From Planctomycetota bacterium (GTDB taxonomy: Bacteria; Planctomycetota; B15-G4; JADJEK01), in the NCBI GenBank assembly GCA_043802345.1, contig JAZDLC010000196.1, positions 1 to 47,714 of the forward strand: a stretch of DNA of 47,714 nt, in the 5' to 3' direction. Each line of letters starts with the position of its first letter. Positions within the stretch are counted from its first letter, which is position 1. Below are positions 38,173 through 47,714 of this stretch, piece by piece. The notes under the pieces are model-generated. The model was not told the origin of the DNA. It searched no databases and saw only the letters and a list, made by a program, of their open reading frames with translations. Position numbers and translations under genes: made by a program.

Positions 38173-40436
38173 TCCAGGGTCACCTCGTCTTCCCAGTACC
38201 GCCACTTCATCGGGCCGTAGCCGGTTCCGAGGTCGTCGGGCTCCAGGGCGTAGGTGTTGGTCCGGGCCGCGAACAGGGTGCGCCCGTCATGGAGCAGCTT
38301 GACCAGGTTGGCGGCGGACCAGGAGAGGGTCTTGCCGTTTCTTCTTGCGTGGAGAAAGCCGGCGTCGGTGCAGAAAGGGCCGTACTGCACCTTCCCTGAC
38401 TCGAAGGTGTAGCGGGGCCGGACGTTCTCGGTGAGGACGTCCTGGTCCAAGTCGGTCTTGATGCCGATGGTGTGCGTGGCTCCGCCGGCCTCGAGGCGGA
38501 CGCCGACGCCCTGCCGCGGTCCCTCCACGGCCAGGAGTTCCGCCGCGCCGGTCCATGGTTCGCCGGCCGTCGCGCGCTCTGTCGGCACGAGGAGCGTGAC
38601 GAAGGTCTCGACCTGCCCCGCCTGGTAATGGCTCGAGATGGTCTGGTAGACGGCGGTCTCCTGCTGCCTGGTGCGCATCAGCAGGAACGTGCCGTCACGG
38701 CGAATCCCCTGCTGGAGGAACCGGATCCGGAGCGCCCGGTTTCTGGGCGGCTCGTAGATGTGGCCGCCAGAGCAGGGAATCGTATCGGTCGCAATGACGT
38801 AGTTCCCCTCTTCCTGCTCGAGGACGGTCGTACCGTGCCAGAGGGTGGTGAAGGTGTAGTACCCGGTCTCCAGGATCTTGGCGATGTCGACGACCAGGAA
38901 GACGTCTTCCTCCTCGAGGTAGACGATCACCCGGTCCGACTCGTAGCCGCGCTGCTCGTCGCGGACACGGGTCCGGCTCATGGCGACATGCCGCAGGTCG
39001 AGGAAGTCGATCTTCTCGGTGACGACCTTGTGGTACGCGCCCGAGTTGCGCAGGAATTCGAAGAGCGGTTGCTGCCGGTCCCGCTTCCCGTTCCGTCCGA
39101 CGAAGGTGTTGTGGAAGAGGTCGGCGCGGAACGCCCCGTATTCGCCCGACGGGATGGCGTCGCGGTATCCGGGGTTCTTCAGCAGCACCGACCCCCCGCT
39201 CATCAGCAGGCAGATGGCGTTTTCATCGGCATGGCCGTGGTGCATCTTCTCCTCTTCCACCGGGATCGTCCGGCGGAGGAAGTCGCGCGCCGTGCGCGCG
39301 AATGGCCCCTCATCGCGGTAGTTCAGCAGCAGGAAGGTGTCCTCGTCGCCAAAGCCGTCGCGGAAGACGATCTTCTTGCCGACCAGGTCTTCCAGGACCT
39401 CCTCGCTCCTCGCCTCCGGAGGGACGGGTTCGATCCCGTCATCCGCCCACCTGTAGGCGTCGAGGAGCAGGAGCGCGGAGCGGCTGTCGAGCTCCTCTCC
39501 GTGCCGCGCGGTCATCGCGGAAAAGACGCGCCGGGCCGCCCATTTCAGATCGACGCGGCCGTATTCGGCAGCGCCCCGTTCGAAGCAGGCCAGGTAGCTG
39601 GGCCAGCTCTCATCAAAGCGGGAGTCGCCGAACTCCGGCACCATGCCGGTGGGGGACATCAGGTGCAGGAAGTAGTCGAAGTAGTACCGCACCGTGACGA
39701 GGTCGAAGAGCGCGGCATCCGCTCGCAGGTCGGCGTCGTGGATCAGGGAGAGGAGCCAGACCGGGTGGTAGATCGAGGTGTCCTCCTCCTCCCACTTCCC
39801 CCGGCTGTCCTCGGCGAGGATCTTCGCCAGGCGTCTCCAGGACGCCGCCTGTGCGTGGTCCGGCAGCGCCTTTGCCGCAAGCTCCAGCCCCTCGGCCCGC
39901 AGGATCGCGCGGTTCATCGGACCCCATTCCGGGTTGACCAGCGCGTAGTCGGCGCTCTCCGCGATGCTCCGCTCGATCAGTTCCTGCTGTTCCAGGGTCA
40001 CGGAGGCGCTTTCTCGCACGCGCAGCCAGGCCTGGCAGTAGGTTCCCAGGTGGAAGAAGTCGGTGAGCGTCGGCAGCCCGCCGGCGTAGTCGGGGCGGCT
40101 CAAAAGGAGCGACTCGGGGCAGTACTGCTTGAACCGGGGCATCTCGGCCATCCAGCGGAGAGCCTCCTGTGCGTATCGCTCCTCACCGGTCAGCTCATGG
40201 AGCGACGCGGCAAGCCCGGAGAGCCAGATGGGCGCTGCGGGCGGACCGAACCCCCAGATCGCGACCGGCTCGTACTCTTCGATCCATCGTTCCACTTCGC
40301 CCGGAACCGCCTTCGCGTTCTTCTCGAACGCCGCCTTGGCCAGGGCGAGGTAGGCATCCCTCTCCTCCGCGGGAGCAGCTTCGGCGTTGCCGCAAGCGAG
40401 GAACAGAAGGGCTGCCAGAAGGCCTTGCAGTTTCAT
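38169..40436 (-). CDS. Secreted heparinase II/III-like or alginate-lyase-like protein
   Basis: Signal peptide; helical N-terminal domain (N....RA, EE....YH, P.G..PEFGD); beta C-terminal domain with H.HAD and HNT motifs. Confidence 0.65.
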   Translation of the reverse strand: MKLQGLLAALLFLACGNAEAAPAEERDAYLALAKAAFEKNAKAVPGEVERWIEEYEPVAIWGFGPPAAPIWLSGLAASLHELTGEERYAQEALRWMAEMPRFKQYCPESLLLSRPDYAGGLPTLTDFFHLGTYCQAWLRVRESASVTLEQQELIERSIAESADYALVNPEWGPMNRAILRAEGLELAAKALPDHAQAASWRRLAKILAEDSRGKWEEEDTSIYHPVWLLSLIHDADLRADAALFDLVTVRYYFDYFLHLMSPTGMVPEFGDSRFDESWPSYLACFERGAAEYGRVDLKWAARRVFSAMTARHGEELDSRSALLLLDAYRWADDGIEPVPPEARSEEVLEDLVGKKIVFRDGFGDEDTFLLLNYRDEGPFARTARDFLRRTIPVEEEKMHHGHADENAICLLMSGGSVLLKNPGYRDAIPSGEYGAFRADLFHNTFVGRNGKRDRQQPLFEFLRNSGAYHKVVTEKIDFLDLRHVAMSRTRVRDEQRGYESDRVIVYLEEEDVFLVVDIAKILETGYYTFTTLWHGTTVLEQEEGNYVIATDTIPCSGGHIYEPPRNRALRIRFLQQGIRRDGTFLLMRTRQQETAVYQTISSHYQAGQVETFVTLLVPTERATAGEPWTGAAELLAVEGPRQGVGVRLEAGGATHTIGIKTDLDQDVLTENVRPRYTFESGKVQYGPFCTDAGFLHARRNGKTLSWSAANLVKLLHDGRTLFAARTNTYALEPDDLGTGYGPMKWRYWEDEVTLD

Positions 40437-40473
40437 GAGTCCTCCAGAGTTCTCCTCGTGCGACGAGGCGGCC

Positions 40474-42582
40474 TCAGGCTCCGATGTTGACCAGCAGCCA
40501 CAGGCAGAAGACGACGATGCCGACGAGCACCCAGCAGCCGCCGAATCCCAGGTAGTCCAATCGGCCGGGCTTCAGGATCTCCCAGTTCGTTCCGGGAAGC
40601 AGCTTCCGCTGCTCGAACATCTCCGGGTGCATCGCGGCCTCCTCCAGCGCAGCCTGCTCTTGCGCCTTCGTCGGTTGGACGGGGGTGTGGATCTTGCCGA
40701 AGAACCGGTCCATGTGCTGCTTCCCAACCGGTCGCGTGAAAGCGCTCAGGAAGAACAGCAGCACGAACGGGAAGAGGGCGTCGAAGAAGAAGCGGATCGC
40801 GACCAGGGTCGCCTTGGGGTAGGTGGTGAAGTCGATCCCGAGCCAGCTCAGGATCCAGAGTTCGGCGTGAAACCGTCCCTGGCCCTGCCTCGCTGACTGA
40901 GGATCCTCCGGGTCGACGCGCACCACCTTGTCGAAGAAGATCCCGGTCGGCTCGATCACATGTCGCTTGCGGATGGTCTGGCCGATCTTGAACGCGCGGC
41001 CCGCTTCCACGTCGTCAAGAAGGGCGCCGGTGGCGATGACCGTCACCTGCGGCGTGGTCTCGAGCAGGAACCATTCGCGGTTGCGCGTGCTCTCCAGGGT
41101 CTGGAAGAGGTTCGGGATGATGGCGTAGACGGTGAAGCAGATCACGACCTGCAGGATCACCGCCCACCGCGTCAGCCGCCGCCAGATGAAACCAAGCCAG
41201 ATGGCCGCCCCGAACACGGCCGGCAGCGAGATGAAGTACCTGAACAGCTCCAGCAGGCTGTCCACGGCCATCGCGATCGCGACCCCTCCCCCCAGGACCA
41301 CGACCACGACCACCCGTCCGACAGCCAGGTAGTGCCCCTCCGACCGGCCCGGTTTCAGCGGCTGGTAGAGGTTCCTGATGAAGAGCGCCGAGTTGGTCAC
41401 CGAGCCCGCGTCCAGCGACGACATGTTCGCCGCCAGGATTCCCGCCAGCATCAGGCCGATGGCGCCGGGGAAGAGCAGGTCGTAGGTCATGTGCCCCCAG
41501 ATGAGATCCGGGTCGTGCAACTGGCCTCCGTACAGCCCGATCGCCAGCAGCCCGGCCAGCGCCCAAAAAAGCATGATGAAGCGCTTGAGGAACATGCCGC
41601 CGATCATCCCGACGCGCGCGGCCGACTCATTCGTCGCCGATCCCGCCGTCGCCATCATCGGCGCCGCCGCGACGATCGAGACGAGATTGGCCAGGGCCAT
41701 GGCCAGGATCGTGTACCAGGCATATTCGCTGGTGGAGGCGGACCCGAACAGCTCGAACATGAAGTCCGGCACCGCGGCGTGCAGTCCGGAGAATCCGCCG
41801 ATGCGGCTGAGGCCGATCGGGATCAGGAGGAGCGAGAAAGTGACGATGAGGACGCCCTGGACGGCATCGGTGATCGCCGCGGCGGCGAAGCCGCCGAGGA
41901 CCGTGTACCCCGCCACGATCAGCGCGTACAGGATCATGAACAGCAACGGATCGGTGTAGGAGACGAACGAGCGCAGCTCGCCCCGTTTCTGGCGTTCGTT
42001 CAATTCCTCGTAGCGGGCCCGCCTTTCCTGGTCGAGGCCGGCGTGCAGGTCGCTCTTCAACTCCTGGTACTCGCGAAACTGCAGCACGCTCTCCCGCTCG
42101 CTGTCGGAGTAGTCGCTCTCGGCCTTGGGAGTCAGCGCCATCATCGTCTTGGCGGCCACCGTGTAGCTGACGGCGCCGCCGATGAGGGCCATCGCCAGCG
42201 TGAAGACCGCGAACGCGCCGCCGAGGAAGGGGCTCCGGAAGCGCTCCGTGAAGTAGTCGCCGATGGTGATCAGCCGCGAGCGGCGGTAGAGCATCGTGGT
42301 GAACCAGTAGAACGGCGTGAGGAACAGCACGAGGTACTGGATCCACATGCCGCCGATGCCCTGCCGGTAGATCTCGCGCGAGACCGCGACCGCCTGATCG
42401 GCGTTGGTCGAGTTCCCGAAGTTCAGGAAGAACTGGTAGAACTTGCCCAGCCTGCGGCCGGCGATGTAGAAATCCTCGGTGTCTTTCGTCCGCTTCCCCA
42501 CGCGATGTCCCAGCCACAGGATGACGAGCACGTAGAGCAGGATGATCCCGAAGTCCAGCGGATGCAGGCCGAAGATCTCCAA
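40474..42582 (-). CDS. Sodium:solute symporter (SSS) family transporter
   Basis: TTG start after RBS gggag; LD..II..Y, EDFYIAGR.LG, T.GDYF.ERF, YT.LGG..AA..TD..QG and GL..AGILAA.MSS motifs. Confidence 0.9.
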   Translation of the reverse strand: MEIFGLHPLDFGIILLYVLVILWLGHRVGKRTKDTEDFYIAGRRLGKFYQFFLNFGNSTNADQAVAVSREIYRQGIGGMWIQYLVLFLTPFYWFTTMLYRRSRLITIGDYFTERFRSPFLGGAFAVFTLAMALIGGAVSYTVAAKTMMALTPKAESDYSDSERESVLQFREYQELKSDLHAGLDQERRARYEELNERQKRGELRSFVSYTDPLLFMILYALIVAGYTVLGGFAAAAITDAVQGVLIVTFSLLLIPIGLSRIGGFSGLHAAVPDFMFELFGSASTSEYAWYTILAMALANLVSIVAAAPMMATAGSATNESAARVGMIGGMFLKRFIMLFWALAGLLAIGLYGGQLHDPDLIWGHMTYDLLFPGAIGLMLAGILAANMSSLDAGSVTNSALFIRNLYQPLKPGRSEGHYLAVGRVVVVVVLGGGVAIAMAVDSLLELFRYFISLPAVFGAAIWLGFIWRRLTRWAVILQVVICFTVYAIIPNLFQTLESTRNREWFLLETTPQVTVIATGALLDDVEAGRAFKIGQTIRKRHVIEPTGIFFDKVVRVDPEDPQSARQGQGRFHAELWILSWLGIDFTTYPKATLVAIRFFFDALFPFVLLFFLSAFTRPVGKQHMDRFFGKIHTPVQPTKAQEQAALEEAAMHPEMFEQRKLLPGTNWEILKPGRLDYLGFGGCWVLVGIVVFCLWLLVNIGA

Positions 42583-42611
42583 GTGGCGCTCCCGTATGAG
42601 TGAGGCAGGAC

Positions 42612-43613
42612 CTAGCCGCCCACAAAAGCCTCGAAAAAGGTGCGGACGTTCTCGGGCCGGGCGCTCGGGCCGAACTCGCACTGCGCGATCAGCCCGCCGC
42701 CCCGGTCGAAGGCCCGCTTCATCCGGCCGGCCGCCGCGAAAACCTCCTCGCGCGACGCCGAGGGGAGGATCTGCTGGCGGTCCAGCTCGCCCCAGAAGGT
42801 GATCCGGCCGCCGAACCGCTCGCCGAGACGCGCGACGTCCATGCAGAAGACCTGGCAGTTGATGGCGTCCAGGCCGAGTTCCACGAGGTCCTCGAGGATG
42901 TCGGCGATGTACCCGTCCGAATGCATGAACATCGGCTTGCCATGGGCGTGGGCGATCTCGATGTACTCGCGGTAGAGCGGCTTGAACATCCGCCGCCAGA
43001 GGTCGGGCGAGATCAGCATCGAATACTGGCTGCCCCAGTCGTCCATGATCGTCAGGCCGTCCACCGCAGTCTTCGCCCACAGGTCCAGCTCTTCCAGGTA
43101 GAACCGGTGCATCCGCTCCAGCAGGACCGGGAGTTCGGCAGGCTGGTCCATCAGGTCATAGAAGGTGTTCTCGGTTCCGCGGAGGAACTGCAGGCGTTCG
43201 AACGGCCGGGGGCACGCACCGGCGAGGACGAACTGCTCGGTGCCGCGGCAGAACCGGTCGACCCGCGCCGTGTCCACGGAGAGCCTTTCCTTCGGGATTC
43301 GCACCAAGTCGACTTGCGACCAGTCCAGAAGCTGCGGCGACCTCACCTCGCCGATGACGCCGCGCTGCAAGTTCTCGAAGACACACCCCCACTCGTCGGT
43401 GAAGGTGCCGACCTCGTGGCAATCTCCCTTGGTCGGCAGCTCCTCCTTCAGGAACGCGGGAGAGGAGACGATGTCGTCCGGATAGAGGCGGCGGATCTCC
43501 TGCAGCGGTCCGGGGTAGTGGTGCTCGGCCCAGGGGAGCACCCAGAGCTGGCGCGGAACGCGGCAGGGCGCGTCAAAGGCGAGGGTCCGGCGCACCAGTT
43601 CCCGCGACGTCAT
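42612..43613 (-). CDS. Uroporphyrinogen decarboxylase (URO-D/MtaA-CmuA) family protein
   Basis: MTSRE, DEWGC, LRG.EN...DL, DDWGSQ...ISP..WR..FKP, HSDG, FWGE.D.Q..LP and PEN motifs. Confidence 0.88.
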   Translation of the reverse strand: MTSRELVRRTLAFDAPCRVPRQLWVLPWAEHHYPGPLQEIRRLYPDDIVSSPAFLKEELPTKGDCHEVGTFTDEWGCVFENLQRGVIGEVRSPQLLDWSQVDLVRIPKERLSVDTARVDRFCRGTEQFVLAGACPRPFERLQFLRGTENTFYDLMDQPAELPVLLERMHRFYLEELDLWAKTAVDGLTIMDDWGSQYSMLISPDLWRRMFKPLYREYIEIAHAHGKPMFMHSDGYIADILEDLVELGLDAINCQVFCMDVARLGERFGGRITFWGELDRQQILPSASREEVFAAAGRMKRAFDRGGGLIAQCEFGPSARPENVRTFFEAFVGG

Positions 43614-43774
43614 GACGTCGTCCGTGAGGTCTCCGAATTCGGCCATTTCCGCATCCTATCAACGCGCCGGCGTGGGAATCGAGCCGCATCCCGGGCGGGC
43701 GCGCTTTGCTATGATCCTGGTTTGTGCGGCCTCACGATGGGCGAGTAGCGGCTCGCGCTGGGAGGGTGGGCGAG

Positions 43775-44605
43775 ATGACCGAAAAGATCAGCATCGTCAC
43801 GGACGAGATCTCGCGGGATCTCGCCGACTGCGAGACGTTCCTCGAAGAGCATGGGCTTCACGCGGTGGAGCTGCGCTGCATCTCAGGGAAGCGTGTGCCG
43901 GAGGTTGAGCCGAGGGATCGTGAACGGCTCCTCGACTGGTCGCGCCGCGGCGATCCGGTCATCGTCGCCGTGAGTCCGGGGCTGTTCAAATGCCGGGTCG
44001 ATGATCACGCGGAGATCAAACGCCACCTGGAAGAGGTGTTGCCGGATACGCTCGACCTGGCCCTCGAGCTGAACGCCGAGAACCTCATCTCCTTCACGCT
44101 TCAGGCCTCGAGGGAGGGCGGCTTCCCAAAGCACGCGCTCGAAGCCCTGAACCGGGCGGCGGAGGCATGCGCCGAGGCGAACATCTCCCTCCTCCTGGAG
44201 AACGAACCGGGATACCTCGGAGAGACCGCGGCCGGTACCGTGGAGCTGATCCGGCGCGTCGGCCACCAGAACCTCTTCCTGAACTGGGATCCGACCAACG
44301 GCAACGAATTCAAGACGCCCGCACTCGACGTTGCCGCCGGCGTGATCGCCCCCTATCTCCGCAACGTCCACGTCAAGAACGGGATTCTCGCGCCGGGAGA
44401 GATCTTTGCGCGCTGCTGTTCGCTGAAGGCGGGCGCGATCGACTGGACGGCTCATCTCGAGAGCCTGAAAGCGCTCGGGTACGAAGGGTATTTCGCGCTG
44501 GAAACGCATTACCTTCCGGCGCGGGAGGGTTCGGTGGAGATCCTCGGCGAGCTGCGCCAGATGCTCGCCGAGGTTTCGTACTCGTGGCCGGAACAGGAGG
44601 ACTGA
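43775..44605 (+). CDS. Sugar phosphate isomerase/epimerase (AP endonuclease 2 TIM-barrel)
   Basis: TDEIS.D, VELR, LLENE, NWDP.N, HVK, G.IDW and LETH metal-binding pattern. Confidence 0.88.
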   Translation: MTEKISIVTDEISRDLADCETFLEEHGLHAVELRCISGKRVPEVEPRDRERLLDWSRRGDPVIVAVSPGLFKCRVDDHAEIKRHLEEVLPDTLDLALELNAENLISFTLQASREGGFPKHALEALNRAAEACAEANISLLLENEPGYLGETAAGTVELIRRVGHQNLFLNWDPTNGNEFKTPALDVAAGVIAPYLRNVHVKNGILAPGEIFARCCSLKAGAIDWTAHLESLKALGYEGYFALETHYLPAREGSVEILGELRQMLAEVSYSWPEQED

Positions 44606-45657
44606 TGGGCAAGGGCCGGAAGACGAGACGGCTCCGCGCCGCGCTGGCGGCCTGCGGTGGGATCAGCGACCTGACCCTGCAGGCGGCCGAACGAAGTCCG
44701 GACTTCCAGGTCGTTGCCCTCCAGGATCCGCGCAAGGAAGCTCTCCAGCAGGTGGGCGACCGGTACGGGATCCGGGCGAGGCACCTCCGCTTCGAGGATC
44801 TCCTGGCCGAAGAGGTCGACTTCGTGATCGTGAACTCCCCGAATCACGTTCACCGTCCCCAGGTCGAACAGGTCCTGAAAGCGGGCAAGCCGTGTCTAGT
44901 CCAGAAGCCGATGGCCCCGAATCTCGACGACGCCCGGGCGATGGTCCTGGCGGCAAGAGAGGCGGGCCTCCCGCTGGGCGTCACGATGTTCGAACACAGC
45001 CGGCCGGAAAACCACCAGGTGAAGGAGATGGTGAGGAGCGGCTGGCTGGGCGAGCCGACCCTGCTCCAGGCCCTCTCGGCGCACGACATCTACCTGAAGA
45101 ATCCGCCGCCGGAGGAGGATTGGCGCCGCGACCCGAGGAAGGTCGGAGGAGGCGCGTTCATCCAGCTGGCCGTTCATCACATCAACCTGGCGCGCTGGTT
45201 TCTCGACCGGGAGATCGTCCGGGTCTGCATGTTCGGCGCGCGCGGACACACCGTGTTCAAGGACGAGACGGATGTGGCCTCGATGCTGTTCGAGAACGGC
45301 CCGGCGGCGCAGTTCGCGGCCAGCTACGCGGCGCGCGCGTCCCACTTCCTGATCGCGGGCACGCGGGGCACGATCCAGCTCCAGGAGGGGTCCGTCACGG
45401 TGCGTGGCGATGACCCGTACCCGGGTCCGGTCTTCAACTACGAAGAAGCCGGGCAGGAGAGCGTCTTCAAGCTCTCCGCGCGCGCCACGGGCGAAGACGC
45501 AGAGGGGGACCGCTACGAGGTCCACGGTCGGTTCGCGCGCTTCATCCGCGATGGTTCGGAGTTCCCCTGCACGGCCGAATCGGCGCTCCGTGACATGGAG
45601 GCCGTGGCTGCCGCCTACCGCTCGCGCGACGAGGGCCGGCCGGTATCGCTACCCTGA
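44605..45657 (+). CDS. Gfo/Idh/MocA family oxidoreductase
   Basis: Rossmann fold CGGI, SPNHVH, AGK..LVQKPMA, WR......GGG and H.I.L motifs. TGATG overlap with the upstream gene. Confidence 0.88.
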   Translation: MGKGRKTRRLRAALAACGGISDLTLQAAERSPDFQVVALQDPRKEALQQVGDRYGIRARHLRFEDLLAEEVDFVIVNSPNHVHRPQVEQVLKAGKPCLVQKPMAPNLDDARAMVLAAREAGLPLGVTMFEHSRPENHQVKEMVRSGWLGEPTLLQALSAHDIYLKNPPPEEDWRRDPRKVGGGAFIQLAVHHINLARWFLDREIVRVCMFGARGHTVFKDETDVASMLFENGPAAQFAASYAARASHFLIAGTRGTIQLQEGSVTVRGDDPYPGPVFNYEEAGQESVFKLSARATGEDAEGDRYEVHGRFARFIRDGSEFPCTAESALRDMEAVAAAYRSRDEGRPVSLP

Positions 45658-45907
45658 GGATGCCGGGCCAGGCTTCTTAACCCGACCTTTTCACCACAAT
45701 CGCGCGACTGTGGTGAACAATCCGGGTTGAGGAGCTGAGAAGACCGGGTTAGGACCCGCGCAGGAATAACTCCCGGTTTTGGCCGCCCCTCGCCGCCCCT
45801 GGCTGTGTTGCTCCTCCTCGGCGTATCTCGAATACGCGGTCGTCGTCGCGTCTTGCCAGGAACGACGATTGCTCGCCCAAAACAGGAAGCTATTTCTGCG
45901 CGGGCCC

Positions 45908-47242
45908 TTAGAGCGACCACCCTTCTCTATAGGGTCGGTTGACCCAGTCATTGGCCTCGGGCAGATTGGTGACCGCCATGGCGTCGCCGTCCCAGAGGAT
46001 CTTCCTGTTGGGAAATCGGGTGAGGAGGTTCCCCATGACAATGCTCTCGGTAAACGGACCGGCATAGTCGAAGGTCGACGACGGAGTTTCGCCACTCCTG
46101 CAACACTCGACCCAATGCATCTCGTGACTTGTCGTGATCCTGGGAATGCTCTTCTCAGGCTGCTTGTAATCCTGCATCCTGTCGCTTGGGATCAACTGTG
46201 GATCAAGACCGTAGCAACCGCACATCAGCTTGCCCTCGTCACCAACGAACAGCACGCCGCCGTTGCCATCGCCCATCCCACGACCCTCTTCCAGTTCATC
46301 CGGACGCCTGGGCATCAAACCACCGTCATACCAGGTGAGCTTGACCGCCGGCATATCGCCGCGTTCCGGGAATTGGTAGTGGATCATCGAGGCGTCAGGG
46401 TAGGTCTCAGTACTCATCGTCGGCCTCCACATCTCTTTGCACCGCATGGCCACGCTGCCTTCCACACTGACCGGATACTTGAGCTTCAGTGCCTTGAACA
46501 CAGGGTCCAGTATGTGACAGGCCATGTCGCCCAGCGCACCGGTGCCGAAGTCCTGCCAGGCACGCCAGCTAAAGGGGAGATACATGGGATGATACGGACG
46601 ATACGGAGACGGACCAAGCCACAGGTCCCAATCCAGGCTCTCGGGAACCTCATGGGTATCTTCAGGCCGATCAATGCCTTGGGGCCAGACCGGACGGTTC
46701 GTCCAGGCATGAACCTCCCTGACCTTGCCAATGGCGCCATCCCAGAGCCACTCGCAGACGCTGCGAACCCCTTCACCGGAGGATCCCTGATTACCCATCT
46801 GAGAGACGACGCCATACTTACGCGCTGCCTCGGTCAGCATTCGGGCCTCGTATACAGTGCGTGTGAGAGGCTTCTGCACATATACATGCTTGCGGCGCTT
46901 GATGGCAGCCATGGCAGCCACCGCGTGGGTGTGGTCCGGCGTGGCCACAAGCACGGCGTCAATCTGCTTGTCCATCTTGTCCAGCATGATTCGGAAATCA
47001 CGGAACTTGGGCACGTCGGGGAATTTCCTGTAGGTACCTGCCGCCTGATTGTCGTCGACATCGCACAGTGCGACAATGTTCTGGCTGGACAGCGCGGCAA
47101 TATTGGCGCCACCCATCCCGCCGGAACCGATTGCCGCAATATTCAGCTTGTCATTCGCACCGAAGACCCGACTCGGCACGAACGTGAAGGCCATGGCACC
47201 GACTGCCGACCGACTCAGAAACTGACGTCTTGAGAGAGTCAT
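45908..47242 (-). CDS. Tat-exported Gfo/Idh/MocA family oxidoreductase
   Basis: SRRQFL twin-arginine signal; IGSGGMG, ALCDVD, ATPDHTH, HVYVQKPL, QMGNQG, LDWDLWLGP, GALGDMACH and YREGWSL motifs. Confidence 0.93.
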   Translation of the reverse strand: MTLSRRQFLSRSAVGAMAFTFVPSRVFGANDKLNIAAIGSGGMGGANIAALSSQNIVALCDVDDNQAAGTYRKFPDVPKFRDFRIMLDKMDKQIDAVLVATPDHTHAVAAMAAIKRRKHVYVQKPLTRTVYEARMLTEAARKYGVVSQMGNQGSSGEGVRSVCEWLWDGAIGKVREVHAWTNRPVWPQGIDRPEDTHEVPESLDWDLWLGPSPYRPYHPMYLPFSWRAWQDFGTGALGDMACHILDPVFKALKLKYPVSVEGSVAMRCKEMWRPTMSTETYPDASMIHYQFPERGDMPAVKLTWYDGGLMPRRPDELEEGRGMGDGNGGVLFVGDEGKLMCGCYGLDPQLIPSDRMQDYKQPEKSIPRITTSHEMHWVECCRSGETPSSTFDYAGPFTESIVMGNLLTRFPNRKILWDGDAMAVTNLPEANDWVNRPYREGWSL

Positions 47243-47714
47243 CGTGAATCTCCAGTTCTGGTATTCGAGTTTCATGATAATCGCGCCGGGCGGGAAGTGA
47301 TAGAGAGAAGAAAGGGGGATGAGCGCAGTTGAGGAGTGTGCGCCTGTCCCTTCTTCTTCGCCTCGGATCGGCCAGGAAGACGAAGACGTCGCCTTCCTGG
47401 GTCTTCGGAGCGAGTACGGTGCCCTGGCGCCCAACCATCGGTACCTGAAGGGTCATCGCCCGCAAACCACGCCCCCGGAGAAGACGTACCGGCTCCGCCG
47501 CCAGCGGACCCCGCCTCTCGCAGAAAGGATGCTCTGCTCCGCGTTGACGGTTTCCTCTACCGAAGGTGCGATCACTGCGGCGGGTTGGAAGCGCTTCCTG
47601 GCCGTCAAGGTCGTCGATGACGGCGGCGTCCGGTGCTTCGACCTCGTGGTCGCGCGTCGCTGACCAACATCCATGATGGGAAGCAGGCCAGTTGTTGAGG
47701 TAAACGGTTCGGCG

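Noticed and set aside
38472-42603. Long plus-strand ORFs (672 aa, 547 aa) and similar antisense ORFs elsewhere (22708-24324, 24621-26378, 29738-31216)
   Set aside because: Shadow frames opposite motif-bearing genes.
42583-43080. N-terminal extension of the SSS ORF (similar extensions at 29534, 32715, 44167, 47434)
   Set aside because: Alternate-frame read-through of upstream DNA; downstream starts with RBS fit the family N-termini.
47319-47674. Short ORFs at the window end
   Set aside because: No recognisable motif, clear RBS or consistent codon bias on either strand.

Overview
GC-rich bacterial chromosome segment, probably from a Planctomycetota-like organism. This is inferred from the gene families, the ISAzo13/Rhodopirellula-type transposase and the GAGTAC repeats. 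It is densely coding, with about 35 genes: secreted peptidases (M64, M1, M28 and a frameshifted gluzincin), glycoside hydrolases and lyases, sugar transporters each paired with a URO-D-family gene, cysK-cysE, and an LCIB/theta-type carbonic anhydrase. The strongest candidate for an undescribed system is a tightly coupled six-gene operon at 27934-34016. It encodes a lysine 2,3-aminomutase-type radical SAM enzyme, a YkgJ Cys-cluster protein, two non-canonical Ddl-like ATP-grasp ligases, a GNAT-deacetylase fusion and a GNAT, and could be a beta-lysine peptide biosynthesis or modification pathway. Other notable items: (i) a ~117 bp MITE present twice whose terminal inverted repeats match the left end of a truncated ISAzo13 element in the same window; (ii) a ~120 aa C-terminal domain shared by two unrelated secreted proteins, a candidate sorting signal; (iii) a pseudo-phosphatase/M64 peptidase fusion; (iv) a G6-tract frameshift. 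No rRNA, tRNA or CRISPR array was recognised. All family assignments come from motif recognition by eye, not database searches.
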